This document shows, piece after piece, positions 30,691-47,525 of a stretch of DNA of 64,000 bases; the first letter of the stretch is position 1; every line of letters begins with the position of its first letter. This DNA comes from Chrysomallon squamiferum (taxonomy: Eukaryota; Animalia; Mollusca). The notes beneath the pieces are model-generated. The model did no database searches and was not told the origin of the DNA. It was given only the letters and a program-made list of their open reading frames with translations. The stretch spans positions 5,518,001 through 5,582,000 of the forward strand of contig CM022677.1 of the NCBI GenBank assembly GCA_012295275.1, written 5' to 3'. The position numbers were made by a program, and so were the translations under genes.

Positions 30691-31501
30691 CATCATCATC
30701 ATCATATATATATATATATATTATTTGAATAATTATTATTATATGCTATGTTCATTCATGATTTCTCATGTTGCATATAAAACATCCTTTAATTGCCAGT
30801 GAAGAACTTTCATAGAGGAATTTCTCTTTGTACAATTTCTATTCATAAATTTAGTTTTATACTTAAGAAATATTAATATTTAAAAAATTTTAACATGACA
30901 TTAATGATTCACTGTAAATGTAATCATTCTACATATATGAATCATGATAACCAGTAATATTAAAAACGTACAGAGATATTAAATATTCATTTTTATTCTT
31001 ATTTATTTACAGCCTTTATAGCAGAACTCTTTGCTATTTCATTCTTATTTAACATCTGTAAGTTCTGAAATCAGGAAACTGAAATCAACTCAGACTGGAC
31101 AAAGTTCTGTCCCAAAACATCATGGAAAGGAACAACCTGCACAAACTATTGTAAGTTTGTCTTTATTATTATGTTTATTAGATTTTTATTATTCTTATTG
31201 TGTGTGTTGGTTGGGAGGATTGTTTAAGAATGTTGGTATGCGAGATAAAAGACATGGAAAATGTTGGATCAACTCAGGTAAAATTATAATTATAATTAAC
31301 CTTTATGATTTCAGAACATTATTACTCTGTACAAGTGACAGAATTAAATATTTTAAAATGTAAGCAGTTGTCACATAATGTTACTAAATAAATCCTATCA
31401 CCTTACTATAAATACTTTAATAATACTGATAAATAAATAATAAATTAACTTTACAAAATCAAATTCAGTATTTATTAAATATGTTGCAGTAGCTTTAGTA
31501 A

Positions 31502-31551
<50 letters not shown>

Positions 31552-31643
31552 TATATGTATCGAGCCATACATTTCAATATGTATATGTACCTGCGCTACC
31601 TTTTATTTATTTATTTATTTTCTGTAGTTACTTACCTGTTTCC

Positions 31644-31674
<31 letters not shown>

Positions 31675-32318
31675 GTTTAGTTTATCGAGAACATGGCAAA
31701 AGGAATATATTAGTCACCAGTGCTCTTCCATATATCAGCAGTGTTCCTCACCATGGCAACATCACTGGTTGTGTAGTCAGTTCTTATGTTTCCTCCAGGT
31801 AACACATTTTATTTTAGTTGTTAGAGTTATCTTCCATTGCCAATTTCTGTTTTATTATTTTAGCTTTTTGTACTATTCTATTTGTATTGTTATTTTTTTT
31901 TTTGTTTTTTTAAATAACATATTATGATTTCATTATTTGATTAGTAGTATTAAGGTCTTTACAAAAATTAGTTATATATGTTATTGTTATTTCAGTTAAT
32001 TTTATTATTTAATATGTATTTTATTCTTATTACAATTAATTTTATTATTACTTATTATATATGTTATTATTATTACAGTTAATTTTATTATTACTTATTA
32101 TATATGTTATTACAGTTAATTTTATTATTACTTGTTTTAGTGTGATTATTTCAGAATGTTCAAAGAGTGGCTATCACAATATGAGAGGTCACCAGTGTGA
32201 TGTATGTGACTCATCAATGCTGTAGAAATGAAAAACACAAAATATAAATCTTGTAAGTCATTACTAGTCATTAAAACATCACAACTATTTTTAGATTCAC
32301 CAAAGTTAAACCTGATTT
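30266..32318 (+). pseudogene. MARS1: Unprocessed partial pseudogene of cytoplasmic methionyl-tRNA synthetase, copy 2
   Basis: Exons 30266-30381 (AVMTWGC..EAVKFVTVNQGLNSLK), 31013-31150, 31681-31798 ([36 protein letters not shown]) and 32155-32318 (GYHNMRGHQCD/LINAVEMKNTKYKSCKSLLVIKTSQLFLDSPK). Confidence 0.93.
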
Positions 32319-32580
32319 GTTTTTTCTTGATTCATTTGCTGATAAAGTTTCAAATCCTTCTAAACTTTTTTTTTCAGTTAAGTATGTCAATTCTAAAGAC
32401 TTCAACATTTGTTTGGTGGGGTATGAATTTAATAGTTAACATTTATTTATGGTTGTTATTATATAAGAAAATGCTAAATTATTAGAATATTTTAATAAGT
32501 AAATAATTTTAGGGGTTTTACCAAATAGTAGTATTCAGCTTAATGATAACTGTTCTTATCCATTTGTATGAGACCAGTGT

Positions 32581-32640
<60 letters not shown>

Positions 32641-32834
32641 ACTCATCCTATATATATTTATTTGTATTTCATCGCTGACTTAGAAAACAACTTTCTTGAA
32701 GCAGGATCTTGTTTCCTTCTTCTTTCATGATTATTATTTTATTCCTTACCCTCCTCTACCCTGTCTACAACCTTCATTTTAAAAAATTATTAAATTATGT
32801 TTGCTGTTTATTAAAATATTTTAATTTCTTTCAT

Positions 32835-32877
<43 letters not shown>

Positions 32878-33609
32878 TTGATTTATTGATTTATTGATTT
32901 ATTACTTTGAATATTTTAATTTACACTTACTTTTTATTACATTTATAAGAAAAGTGAAAGTTAAATAGTTAACTTGTATGTGTGTGTGCTCTTGTTTTAT
33001 AATTAAAGCTACATTATTTTTGTATTTTCTTTATTTAATGTTCAGTGATAATTCTTGATTATATGGACATACCTGGAAACCCGCTTGGTCTTTTCAAAGA
33101 TGTCAGGGAAAGATCTCTGGCCTTGTTAATGGAAATGTGAGTGGATTTCCTAGAAATGTTGTCATGTGTTTCTAATTCTGCAGCAAATTTAGTTGTGATA
33201 GTTCCCTGTATTACCTCTCTTTCAGGGAATGATATTTCATTTAATCAGAAATAAAAGTTTTAATGTTTTAATTAAAAATTTTTTTTTTAATTCTTTCTGT
33301 CATTTTGCAACAATGTAAATAAAATGATATAAAAGGTTGTGACTTATAATGATGACTAGAAAATTACATTGCAACCTTACTGAATACTTTCATTATGTTG
33401 TTTTGATAACCATACAAATGCAAACTTTACTTCTGTGAATGAACTGTTTTATATTTTTAAACAACAAAAAAAAATCCACACATTTATTTAAGTATTTTAT
33501 TAACTTGTAATGGTAATGGATGCACTATTTCTTACTAGAAACAAAATTAACGAAATAATAATAATATCTTTCTTTCTTTCTTTCTTTATTTCTTTCTTTC
33601 TTTATTTCT

Positions 33610-33644
<35 letters not shown>

Positions 33645-33840
33645 TATTTTTTGTTTGTTTGATGAAATTAATAAATTGTAAATTATTTCAAGATTATGAA
33701 CATCTTGTACAGGTAGCAGTTCTGTATTTGACAGGTACAGCCTCCATGGAGACCAGTACACTCAGACTGGTGAACTAAGAAAAAGGGAGGTAATTCATCA
33801 GGTCACATTGCAGCAGGTGTTAAGAGTCTGTGATATGAAA

Positions 33841-34102
33841 CACTGGTTTTACACTCTTCATGCAGAATTCCAGGACATCACATACCCTCTTGTTTACATG
33901 TTCCTTCCAAACAAGACTCAAGCTACGTATGTCTCAGTTTTTCAACTCTTGAAGATTGAAGCAGAAAAAAACTTCAATTTGAAGCCACAGATTATCTAGA
34001 CTGACTTTGAGAAAGCTGTCTCCAGTGCAGCAGTGAAAGAGTTCAAGGAGATGTTTTTTCAGCAGTGCCCAAGCTCTGTGGAGGAAGATTCAGCATATTG
34101 GT
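33841..34102 (+). mobile_element. Degenerate MULE transposase fragment (mirror of 15838-16099)
   Basis: Same translation, and it shares the TAG before TDFEKA. Confidence 0.92.
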
Positions 34103-34805
34103 GATACAAAGAAGATTCTGGTAACAGTAGTGTAATATTTAGAATCATCTAGTTAAAGTTCTTAGTGATTAGGTAAAAGAAAATGTGTAGTAATATACTG
34201 ACAGATTAGTCTTCAAGTTTGTTTTCATTAATATATATTCTATAAAATGTTTAATCTTTTCAGTTATTTAACACCTAATATCAAACTATATTATAGTATA
34301 TAATTAATTTATTTTGTTTTTAATTTACTTTTTTATTTGTTTTATATTTATTTAATTTTTTTGTTTTGAGGATTTAGATTTTATATTAAAATAAACTAAT
34401 GTAGTATTAACTATGTTAATTCACAGTGCAGGAAAACTATAGTCATACTGGTGAAAATACTGTTTATTAATGTTTAATATATTTGTATTATTTTATTTTA
34501 TATCTTTAATTATCTTTTAATTTATTAAACATCCTGTTTTAGTTTTGGTTGTAGAGTTCATAACAATTAATAATGGCATTTAATCAAAAATATTTGTATT
34601 TATTACAGGAATTCTTGAAAGGAACTGGTGGATAATGGAGTTATTGAAACTGTGTTCAAGTCTGTTTCAGGAATGTCTAATTTGACGTCTGCTCTAAATT
34701 CCAATCACAGACAGAACCCAGCCTGAATCCATCCCCAGAGATGTTGCTGTGTCCTGGTGGGTTGCTTCCAGCACATTCAAGTCCACAAACACAGTTCAGC
34801 AGCTG

Positions 34806-35167
34806 CAGTTGTCAGTGGTAATATTTTTACTCATAGTTTTAATATGTTAATGATACACAACACAACTGAGAGATGAGCTACTCAGTTGTCAGTGGTAATA
34901 TTTTTACTCACAGTTTTAATATGTTAATGGTACACAACACAACTGAGAGATGAGCTACTCAGTTGTCAGTGGTAATATTTTTACTCACAGTTTTAATATG
35001 TTAATGATACTCATAACAACCGAGAGATGAGCTACTCAGTTTTGGTAATATTTTTACTCAGTTTTAATATGTTAATGGTACACAACACAACTGAGAGATG
35101 AGTTACTCAGTTGTCAGTGGTAATATTTTTACTCACAGTTTTAATATGTTAATGGTACAACTGAGAG
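34806..35167 (+). repeat. 77-bp minisatellite, about 4.8 copies (single copy in the left arm)
   Basis: Units start at 34806, 34883, 34960, 35037 and 35108. Each carries TG|gtaata. Confidence 0.95.
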
Positions 35168-36054
35168 GTAAGCTATTCATTTCCTTTTTTTTAATAGATT
35201 ATCAGTACACATGACAACACACACCTCACAGTTTTCTCATGAATTTATTTTTTTTATATACATTTTCTACTTATTTATTTATATATTTTGTTGGCTTTTT
35301 CTTTTTTAAAATTATTTTTATTTATTTTATTTGATATATATTTTTTTATTTATTTTTTTTTTTGTTGTTGTTGTTATACTTATTAACATTTGTTTAAATT
35401 AAATGGAATTTATTTCAAATAAATATTTAAAATGTTAGTTTTATTTTCAGTGTTATTACTGAAGATTGACTGTACTGAAGCAGTGCTGGAGAAAAAAGTT
35501 CATGTTTTCTCTGATCACATGAAAACAGGTTTACTTTCTCAGCTGTTTTCATTAACACAACAGAATTAATTGACCATTCATTACATGTGGGTTTTTCAAG
35601 CACTGAGTGTGAAAAGATGAACATGATATGAACATAAATTCAGATTATAAGAGAGTTGTATTCACTTTTTTTTTTTAAATTATTTATTTTATATATTATT
35701 GTTTTTGCTTTTTAACTATAGATATATAAATAAATAAATATGCAAATAGTGATTTTTTTATTATTATTTTCAGATATGATTTGTTTGCTGTTTCTTCATA
35801 ATTAATTTTTATATTTATATTCGTATCATTATTTTATCATTTTTATTTAAATAAAAATGTTTTTTGTCTTATTTTATTTTTATAAATTCCTTCAGGATGA
35901 TTAATATAAATAATTTGTGTTTTTCAGAATCCAGTGTCAGATCAGCCCAGGAGACAGTCTACCACTCTGACCTGACAAAAACAAAAACATGAAACAGTCA
36001 GATGTAAGAAGTCAGCCATTGATTAGAAAGTGAGTGAATTTGTTATACAGAGCT

Positions 36055-37160
36055 TACATTTAGATTTAGTAACTGAAATACACACATACAGTCATGTTAA
36101 CATTTAGATTTAGTAACTGAAATACACACATACAGTCATGTTAACATTTAGATTTAGAAACTGAAATACACACATACAGTCATGTTAACATTTAGATTTA
36201 GTAACTGAAATACACACATACAGTCATGTTAACATTTAGATTTAGTAACTGAAATACACACATACAGTCATGTTAACATTTAGATTTAGTAACTGAAATA
36301 CACACATACAGTCATGTTAACATTTAGATTTAGTAACTGAAATACACACATACAGTCATGTTAACATTTAGATTTAGTAACTGAAATACACACATACAGT
36401 CATGTTAACATTTAGATTTAGTAACTGAAATACACACATACAGTCATGTTAACATTTAGATTTAGTAACTGAAATACACACATACAGTCATGTTAACATT
36501 TAGATTTAGTAACTGAAATACACACATACAGTCATGTTAACATTTAGATTTAGTAACTGAAATACACACATACAGTCATGTTAACATTTAGATTTAGTAA
36601 CTGAAATACACACATACAGTCATGTTAACATTTAGATTTAGTAACTGAAATACACACATACAGTCATGTTAACATTTAGATTTAGTAACTGAAATACACA
36701 CATACAGTCATGTTAACATTTAGATTTAGTAACTGAAATACACACATACAGTCATGTTAACATTTAGATTTAGAAACTGAAATACACACATACAGTCATG
36801 TTAACATTTAGATTTAGAAACTGAAATACACACATACAATCATGTTTACATTTAGATTTAGAAACTGAAATACACACATACAGTCATGTTAACATTTAGA
36901 TTTAGTAACTGAAATACACACATACAGTCATGTTAACATTTAGATTTAGAAACTCAAATACACACATACAGTCATGTTAACATTTAGATTTAGTAACTGA
37001 AATACACACATACAGTCATGTTAACATTTAGATTTAGTAACTGAAATACACACATACAGTCATGTTAACATTTAGATTTAGTAACTGAAATACACACATA
37101 CAGTCATGTTAACATTTAGATTTAGAAACTGAAATACACACATAGAGTCATGTTAACATT
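36055..37160 (+). repeat. 44-bp minisatellite, about 25 copies
   Basis: Unit ttaacatttagatttagtaactgaaatacacacatacagtcatg. It begins about 25 nt after the donor gtgagt at 36030. Confidence 0.98.
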
Positions 37161-38769
37161 TTAAATGTTAACTTAGTACATTAATATCAAGAAAGTGAAT
37201 GATACTTTGTAGAATTATTTCATCTATACTTCAAACTTGATTTATTCAAACTTGTGTGTTAAAGTCAGATGTCCCCTGTCAATACTTTAGCTAACATTTA
37301 AATAATGATTTGCTTTTGTTTCCAGTGAATGAAAGGATTATTACTGATACATTTTTGTTTTGTTTTTATTACTTTACTGGATAAACTAGACATGCTGACC
37401 AGAAAAATGTCAAATAATTAAGTCACAACCCATTTGAATCATATCTAACCTTTATTTTACATGTAAAATTGTATAATCCACATTAATATTGTTGGTACAA
37501 CTCAGAATATTATTTTATTTTAATTACAACTTTTACATTTTTTAAATTTTCTGCAGGTTCTTTTATGATGAGCTTGGTTTGAGAATGAAAGAAAACATGT
37601 GAGAAGTGATGTCCTCTGATTCTAAAATCACTTCTCAATTTCCCCTCCAAGTTCTTCGAGTTTTCTGATCACCCTGAACTAAGAAAATGAAACATCTCAA
37701 CAACAAATATGAAGAACTGAATTCTTGGATAAAATTGAAAGCTTTTAGAAAGTTTCACACCAAAATAACATATTAAAAACATTACTAGTGTGAATCATGG
37801 ACTGTTCTTATTGAAGAATCTGTAACATTGTGACACTGAATTTAGATTCAAAGTCACAGTGTTGTTCACGAAAGATATAATCAGATGTAGACAGTACACA
37901 GAATGTTTGTACCAGACACAGCACCAAGTACAGTCAAGTCTGTGAAAAAAAAATATTAAAAGAAAAAAGGGCTAAATCTAGAAATCTTTAACTGCTGCAA
38001 ATCTTATGGCTCAAGGGAGATAATTTTATTTATATATTTATTTATTGATTTATTTTTATTTTAAAGAATAATCAACTTAATCACATAATCCAAATATAAA
38101 ATAACAAAGAATATGAAGATTTCTGTTAAAGATTAAAAAGAAAAAAAACAAAGTATGTTAATAAAACATAAAGTGGAAGATGATACGTTGTTTGTAAGCT
38201 ATATTATAAAGAAATTTTTCTTAATGAATAATTTGCACATCACATTACCACATTATAGTTGTTTCTTAATTTTTTTCTTTTTTTTTTCTAACCAAATGTC
38301 TTGATATTGTTATTTTATTTTGTTAATATATTTTTATTAACAAAACAGAAATCTTGGTATTTTTGTGTTTTATAGCACTCAGCTCTTCAAAGGCTTATGA
38401 AACATTTTATACCATGTTTGGTTTTTTTTCCAAATTTTATTGTGTTTTCTGTTGTTTATTACATATTTTTAGCTAGCAGTTTCATCAGCTTGGGAAACAA
38501 TTTCATAAGAGTGGAGAAATTTTTTATTTACATAGTTTTGAAATAATTGTAGAAGTAATAGATGTAATTGTGGAGATAGTGATACAAATAATAGTTACAC
38601 TGATAGATAGATGTAAGTATGTTTTAACATTATCACTGGGTTAAGGAAAACAGGTCTGGACTGATTTCATTATTCTATACCTGGTTTATGTTTAACAAAG
38701 ATTTTTTTATGGATTTCCCTGCAAATGTACACATGTATATTAATATTAATTTGCTATTTTAAAAACAAA

Positions 38770-39103
38770 TGTAAATCATTTTGATACTTTTATAATATTT
38801 AAATAGTTTATTCACATCTATGAGTTTATTTTTATTTATATGTCTGTCTGTCTGAGTATTGTTATGTTAAATACTAAGTTACATGTTGTGTCTGTTAGAG
38901 TCATGGCTCATAAAGCCATATTTCTATTGTGTTTTTGTTTATATATGCGTACATTGTTTATCCAAAATGTCTTCTTACTGCGGGTTCCTTAGCAATGCAT
39001 TAACATTCATGATTTGGGAACTGATCAACGAGAAGTTGACTGTCTTTAGGATTAAAATAAAAACAATTATAAGGAGGCAAATAAATAAAGCATAGAGTTA
39101 TAT

Positions 39104-39194
<91 letters not shown>

Positions 39195-39258
39195 ATAAAC
39201 TGATAGACAGATGTCAATACACTGTTTAAATATTATAGAAGTATCAAAATTATTTACA
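38770..39258. mobile_element. Foldback or MITE-like segment (mirror of 11630-12090)
   Basis: Same inverted ends, with internal (TG)n(AG)n of different length. Confidence 0.5.
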
Positions 39259-39595
39259 ATTTTACAGCAGAAATCGAATAATCAGTCTACTGGTGAAGCC
39301 GCTTTGTCTCTCAAAGGCGAGGTCCGAGGAATGTCACCAAAATTACAATAAAAGTAAAGAAAATATGTAATTGCGATGACGTACATATATTCCGTTTTCA
39401 TAGCAATAGTAGTACACGTGTTTTATGACTAGTTACATATATATTACAATGTAATGATTACAGCTATATTACAATATCATCCAGTTAGTCGTTCAATTTC
39501 AGACAGGATTTATTGTTTCCAGTGTGTGTGGGGGTGTCTGTGTGTGTGTGAGTGTGTGTGGGTGTGTCTGTGTGTGTGTGTGGGTGTGTGTGTGT

Positions 39596-39631
<36 letters not shown>

Positions 39632-40982
39632 TGTGTGTGTGTGTGAGTGTGTGTGGGTTTGTCTTTGTATGGGTGGATGTGCGCATTTTCTCTCGAGTAC
39701 AACATGTACGTTATTCGTGGTGGTGAATGATAACCAAGAAAGACCTGATTCCAGCAAGATTATTATTCAGATTTAAAAATATATTAATTAATTAATTAAT
39801 AATGATAATACTACTACTACTATTACTACAACTAGTACTACTAACAGCAACACCAACAATAATAATAATAACAATAATAATAATAATTAATTAATTAATA
39901 ATATGAGTATATTTCACAGAAAATAATAGCTTTTATTCATTGAGATTGGTCACACACATATGAACAAAAAATGTTTTTCTGTTTCTTTTCTTAGATGAAA
40001 AGGGTCTCTGTATATTTTATTATTTCTGTGTTAGTCTTTACATGGACTGAGCGATAAGTAAATATTTCATAAATTACATTCACTAACGTTAATATTTGTA
40101 CTTACCGTGGACTACTAAATTAAAAAAAAAAGAAGATTAAATTCATATCATAATATGTTAGATGGGGAAATTAGTTTAATACTGACATAAAGTTTGAAGA
40201 AAGGTGACAATTTAAGTGTACGTGTGGCTGTATTTGTTTAATTGTAATGTACTTTCTTTATTTAACAAGATTTTCATCATCTTTGGGTGTGGAGTGAATT
40301 CTTTATAGTACTCCTGAATAAATCTGTCATTATAAAACACTTGTAACGTTTTTATTATTGACAAACAAACAACATAGTCAGTTTCGCTTCAGTAAACAAA
40401 CAAAATATTATTTGAAAACAGTTCCAATTCGTTGATGCGGTGACGTGGTAAATGAAGAAGAAAGAAAGCATTCCTTTGTTCGTCAGTGAAGTCATCTTTA
40501 TCTCCTCACAGTCGCCATATTGAAGACTTTTTTCTTTTGTTTAGAGGTTAACTGAACAAACGTGGCAGATTTCACTTTGTCTCTTCAACCTTTTCCTTCG
40601 TGGAAAAACATATGTGTGTATGTATCTTCCCCAGGAAACTAAAGTTCGAAATGACAAATATATATATATATATATATATAAAATAGAAAACATATATATA
40701 TAAATATATATGTATATATAGCTATGAAAGTAGCGGCAACATCTGTTAAAATAAGTTAAGTTTATTTTTGTAAGCTATTAACATAAAATTCAGTCCACTT
40801 CTCTGTAAATTTACTGACAAAGCTGTAGATAAACAGAGGGCGAATCAGCTGCACATTATCAACACATTTCATATAATAATTAATATCGGGAAATCAATTT
40901 AGTTATATTGAGAGAAGATAATTGCACTCAATCAGTCTTCTTTGACACAGACTCACGTATGCGCATTTATATGCAGGTGTAT

Positions 40983-41093
<111 letters not shown>

Positions 41094-41211
41094 CCTGTAA
41101 TACATTTTGAAACTCATTTTCTTTGTTTTCCCCGACTGTTAGTTGTATGGGTTGTGGTGTATATCAGACAGAATTTCATGTAACGAAAATAATTAAAATC
41201 TACGTAAGAAA

Positions 41212-41250
<39 letters not shown>

Positions 41251-42138
41251 ATTTAAAAACAGAGCGTCCTGGAAACAGAAGCCAGGACTGTTTCGCTACT
41301 GGAACCTGCCTCAGATCAACTTTACTTCAGTGGTGATTGTTACGAATCCACTGTCGCTAAATGACAACTAAAATTTTCCTAACAGTTTTGCGTGTTTCTG
41401 CCCTGTTGATGCTTAAATGATATTCTGTGTAAATCTTAACCAAGCGAAATTTGTAAAAAAAAAAAAAGAGAGAGAGAGATTATATTAGATTAATTACCGG
41501 TATTAAAATAATAAAAAGGTGATACTTAAAAGATTTGCGTCATACCTGTCTTGTGTGCACGCTCTCATTCATGCATAGAAACAAACTGTCTATATTTAGA
41601 TTATTCAACTCATGAATACACTGATTTAATCTATATCTGTGTTTGTGTGTGTGTGAGTGTGTATGTGTGTGTGTTAACAACAAGAAACAAAGGTATGTAA
41701 TATTTAGAGGGAAAATGTATGAATTATTATTATTATTATTATTATGTGTACGTGACTAAAAGCTTATGTAAAGCTTAAGATAATGAAAGAAAAGTTGTCT
41801 ATTGTTTCCAAGGGCTCTCTTTAGTTTTACATATGTTGTGTTAATGTGTGAAACACGATATGTATTCTATAAATTCTGTAAATTCATTTCAACACACACA
41901 CACAACACAGATCACCTTAGAGAATTTCAAACTCTGGTCTTGCTTTGATAAGCGTTTCGCGGCGACATCTGGTAAGAGACTTGTCTAACCTTTTTTTTTT
42001 TTTATTTTTTAACGGTATAATGTTTGATATATATATATATACACACACGCACACTTAAACATACAATTATACATGTTCCTTCTTTTTGTATATAAGTGTT
42101 ATGTTTTCGTGAATTGGTTTATTTCTATTTACCAAAAA

Positions 42139-42140
<2 letters not shown>

Positions 42141-42222
<82 letters not shown>

Positions 42223-42680
42223 CGTTAATGTATGTGTGTGTAGTTGTGTATGTATGCATATTCGCGTGTATGTGTGTTAGTGTTTGTGTATGTGTATGTG
42301 TGTGTATGTGTAAGTGTGTGCATGTGTATGTGTGTGTATATGTGTATATGTGTATGTATGTGTATGTATATGTGTGTATATGTGTGTATGTGTCTGTGTG
42401 TATGTGTATATGTGTGTGTGTATGTGTGTATGTATATAGATATGATTAAGATAGAGTGAATACTGTATGTGTGTGGGTGTATGTGTGTATATGTGTGTGT
42501 ATGTGTCTGTGTGTATGTGTATGTGTGTGTGTGTGTATTTATATAGATATGATTAAGATAGAGCGAATACTGTATGTGTGTGTGTGTGTGTATGTGTGTG
42601 TGTATGTATATATGTGTGTATGTGGGTATGTGTGTGTGTGTGTGTATAGATTTGTTTAAGAAAAGAGCGAATACTGCTCT
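42141..42680. repeat. (CT)n followed by a compound (TG/TA)n with a recurring spacer
   Basis: tatagatatgattaagatagagYgaatactg recurs near 42435 and 42542, and in degenerate form near 42645. Confidence 0.9.
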
Positions 42681-42751
42681 GAGTGTGGAAAACAGACGTG
42701 ACAGGTAGATACCTGTCTGTGTCTGTTTGTATGTTTATATTTATATATATA

Positions 42752-45540
<2,789 letters not shown>

Positions 45541-45755
45541 AACAGAGAATAAACGTCAGCACACGGTTACCTAATTACTTGTAAATTGCAGTCATCGTTT
45601 AAGAAGTAATCGCACTGGAAAAATTGTGTGCCGCTTTTCACAATGCTAATTACTATATAAATTGTTATTTTGTTCTGGAATTTACACCCAGTGTAAATAC
45701 TTTAATTAATCATTGTTTATGAAGGAAGCTGGTCTGTAAACGGTAGCTGGTCGGG

Positions 45756-46032
<277 letters not shown>

Positions 46033-46869
46033 CAGCCCTAAAAAGAAAATAAATTGTTATTTAATCTGGAATTTACACCCGGTAGAGAGAATCCGGATTT
46101 GTCAATGTTTTCTTCATAACAGTTTAACGGGAATCTGAAATGGTGCCGGTGTAGCAAACAAACACCACCACCACTACCACCACCAACAACAACAATAATA
46201 AGGCTTTTATTTCATGTCACTATGATTATTATAAATATTGTCATCACCATTGTTGTCAGGGAGCCCAGCGCATAAGCGGTGTAAGTTTCAAGTGCTAACG
46301 ACCCTATTAAACTATGGCTCGTTTCTTGTCTACAATACATACATAATTGCATATACTGCACATGTAAACTACGTGTAATATCAAGTATCCACTATGAACA
46401 TCAAAACAAAACACAATATTTATATTACAAAGAAAATTATTTATTTTACACATGTATACTTATTATTTAGTTGTTGAGAACATGCGAGTTGGCGATAAAT
46501 GAAATATTATAATTTCTATTTCTTTAATTTTCAGTAGCAATGATTTGTGTTAAATATATAGAACACAAGCTCTCTTACACACACATATTCACAGTCGAAA
46601 CGTTTCGTTTTAATTTTGAAATAAAGGAAACGAAATAAATCTTTAAAAAAATATCATTTTAGAAATAAATACGGAAATAAAACATTGAATAAATTGATAA
46701 TTTTTTCTATTATTATTTATTTGCTAAATTTAAAAAAAAAAAAAAAAAAAAAGAATAAAGGGGAGCAATATATTAATCATCATCATCACAGTATAAAGAA
46801 CAACAAAAACAACAACAATACACAAATATATAAATAAATAAATAAATAAATAAACGAAACTATAAGACA

Positions 46870-47010
46870 GCTTATGTTTCGCTGCCATGACAACTCGTTT
46901 ATCGATCGACTTCAAGTCGTGTCGCAGCGCTCAAACAAATTAATAAACTGGGTCACCCCCCACCCCATACCATCCCACCCAGTTCTCAGTGCTCACTGCT
47001 GACGTGAATT
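46870..47010. promoter_or_regulatory. Candidate promoter of unit C
   Basis: CpG cluster with X-box/RFX-like GCTGCCATGACAAC at 46881-46894, DRE-like TATCGAT and TGACGT. It lies about 600 bp upstream of the first clear acceptor. Confidence 0.4.
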
Positions 47011-47104
47011 TCACCTTAAACACTGCACAAACAACTGACAATTCTTTCCGAAAACATTTATTAAACAAATTCGACAACAACAAAACAGACACGAACAAAT
47101 TGAA

Positions 47105-47137
<33 letters not shown>

Positions 47138-47138
47138 T

Positions 47139-47177
<39 letters not shown>

Positions 47178-47479
47178 AAAATAAAATAATAAAAATAAAT
47201 AAATAATAATAGCAACAACGACAACAACATAATAACAACAATAATAATAATAACAAAGAGAAAAACAACAATAATAAGAAAAACTAGATAGACTAAATAT
47301 ATGTAACAGTTGCAGCAGTAGTAGTAATTAATTAATTTATACGTAACTACATTTTCCAGAAGTAAAACAGCTAGCTAGATACTGCTCATTTCCTGTCACC
47401 AACAAATAATTTTCAGTACACGCCAAACTTTTAGAACAGTAAATAAATAATCTATATACAGGTTTTCATATTAAATTAA

Positions 47480-47525
<46 letters not shown>

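Larger units (their letters stand above)
30266..39090 (+). ncRNA. Putative chimeric spliced unit B
   Basis: The MARS1-derived exons are followed by about 33734-34120 (contains the MULE fragment), 34609-34817, 35928-36029 and a terminal block from 37557 (ttttctgcag|). AATAAA occurs near 38160 and 39056-39088. No joined ORF. Confidence 0.5.

Noticed and set aside
17700-32318. Functional MARS1 gene
   Set aside because: Frameshifts, stops, an altered HIGH motif, lost zinc ligands, and most of the enzyme is missing.
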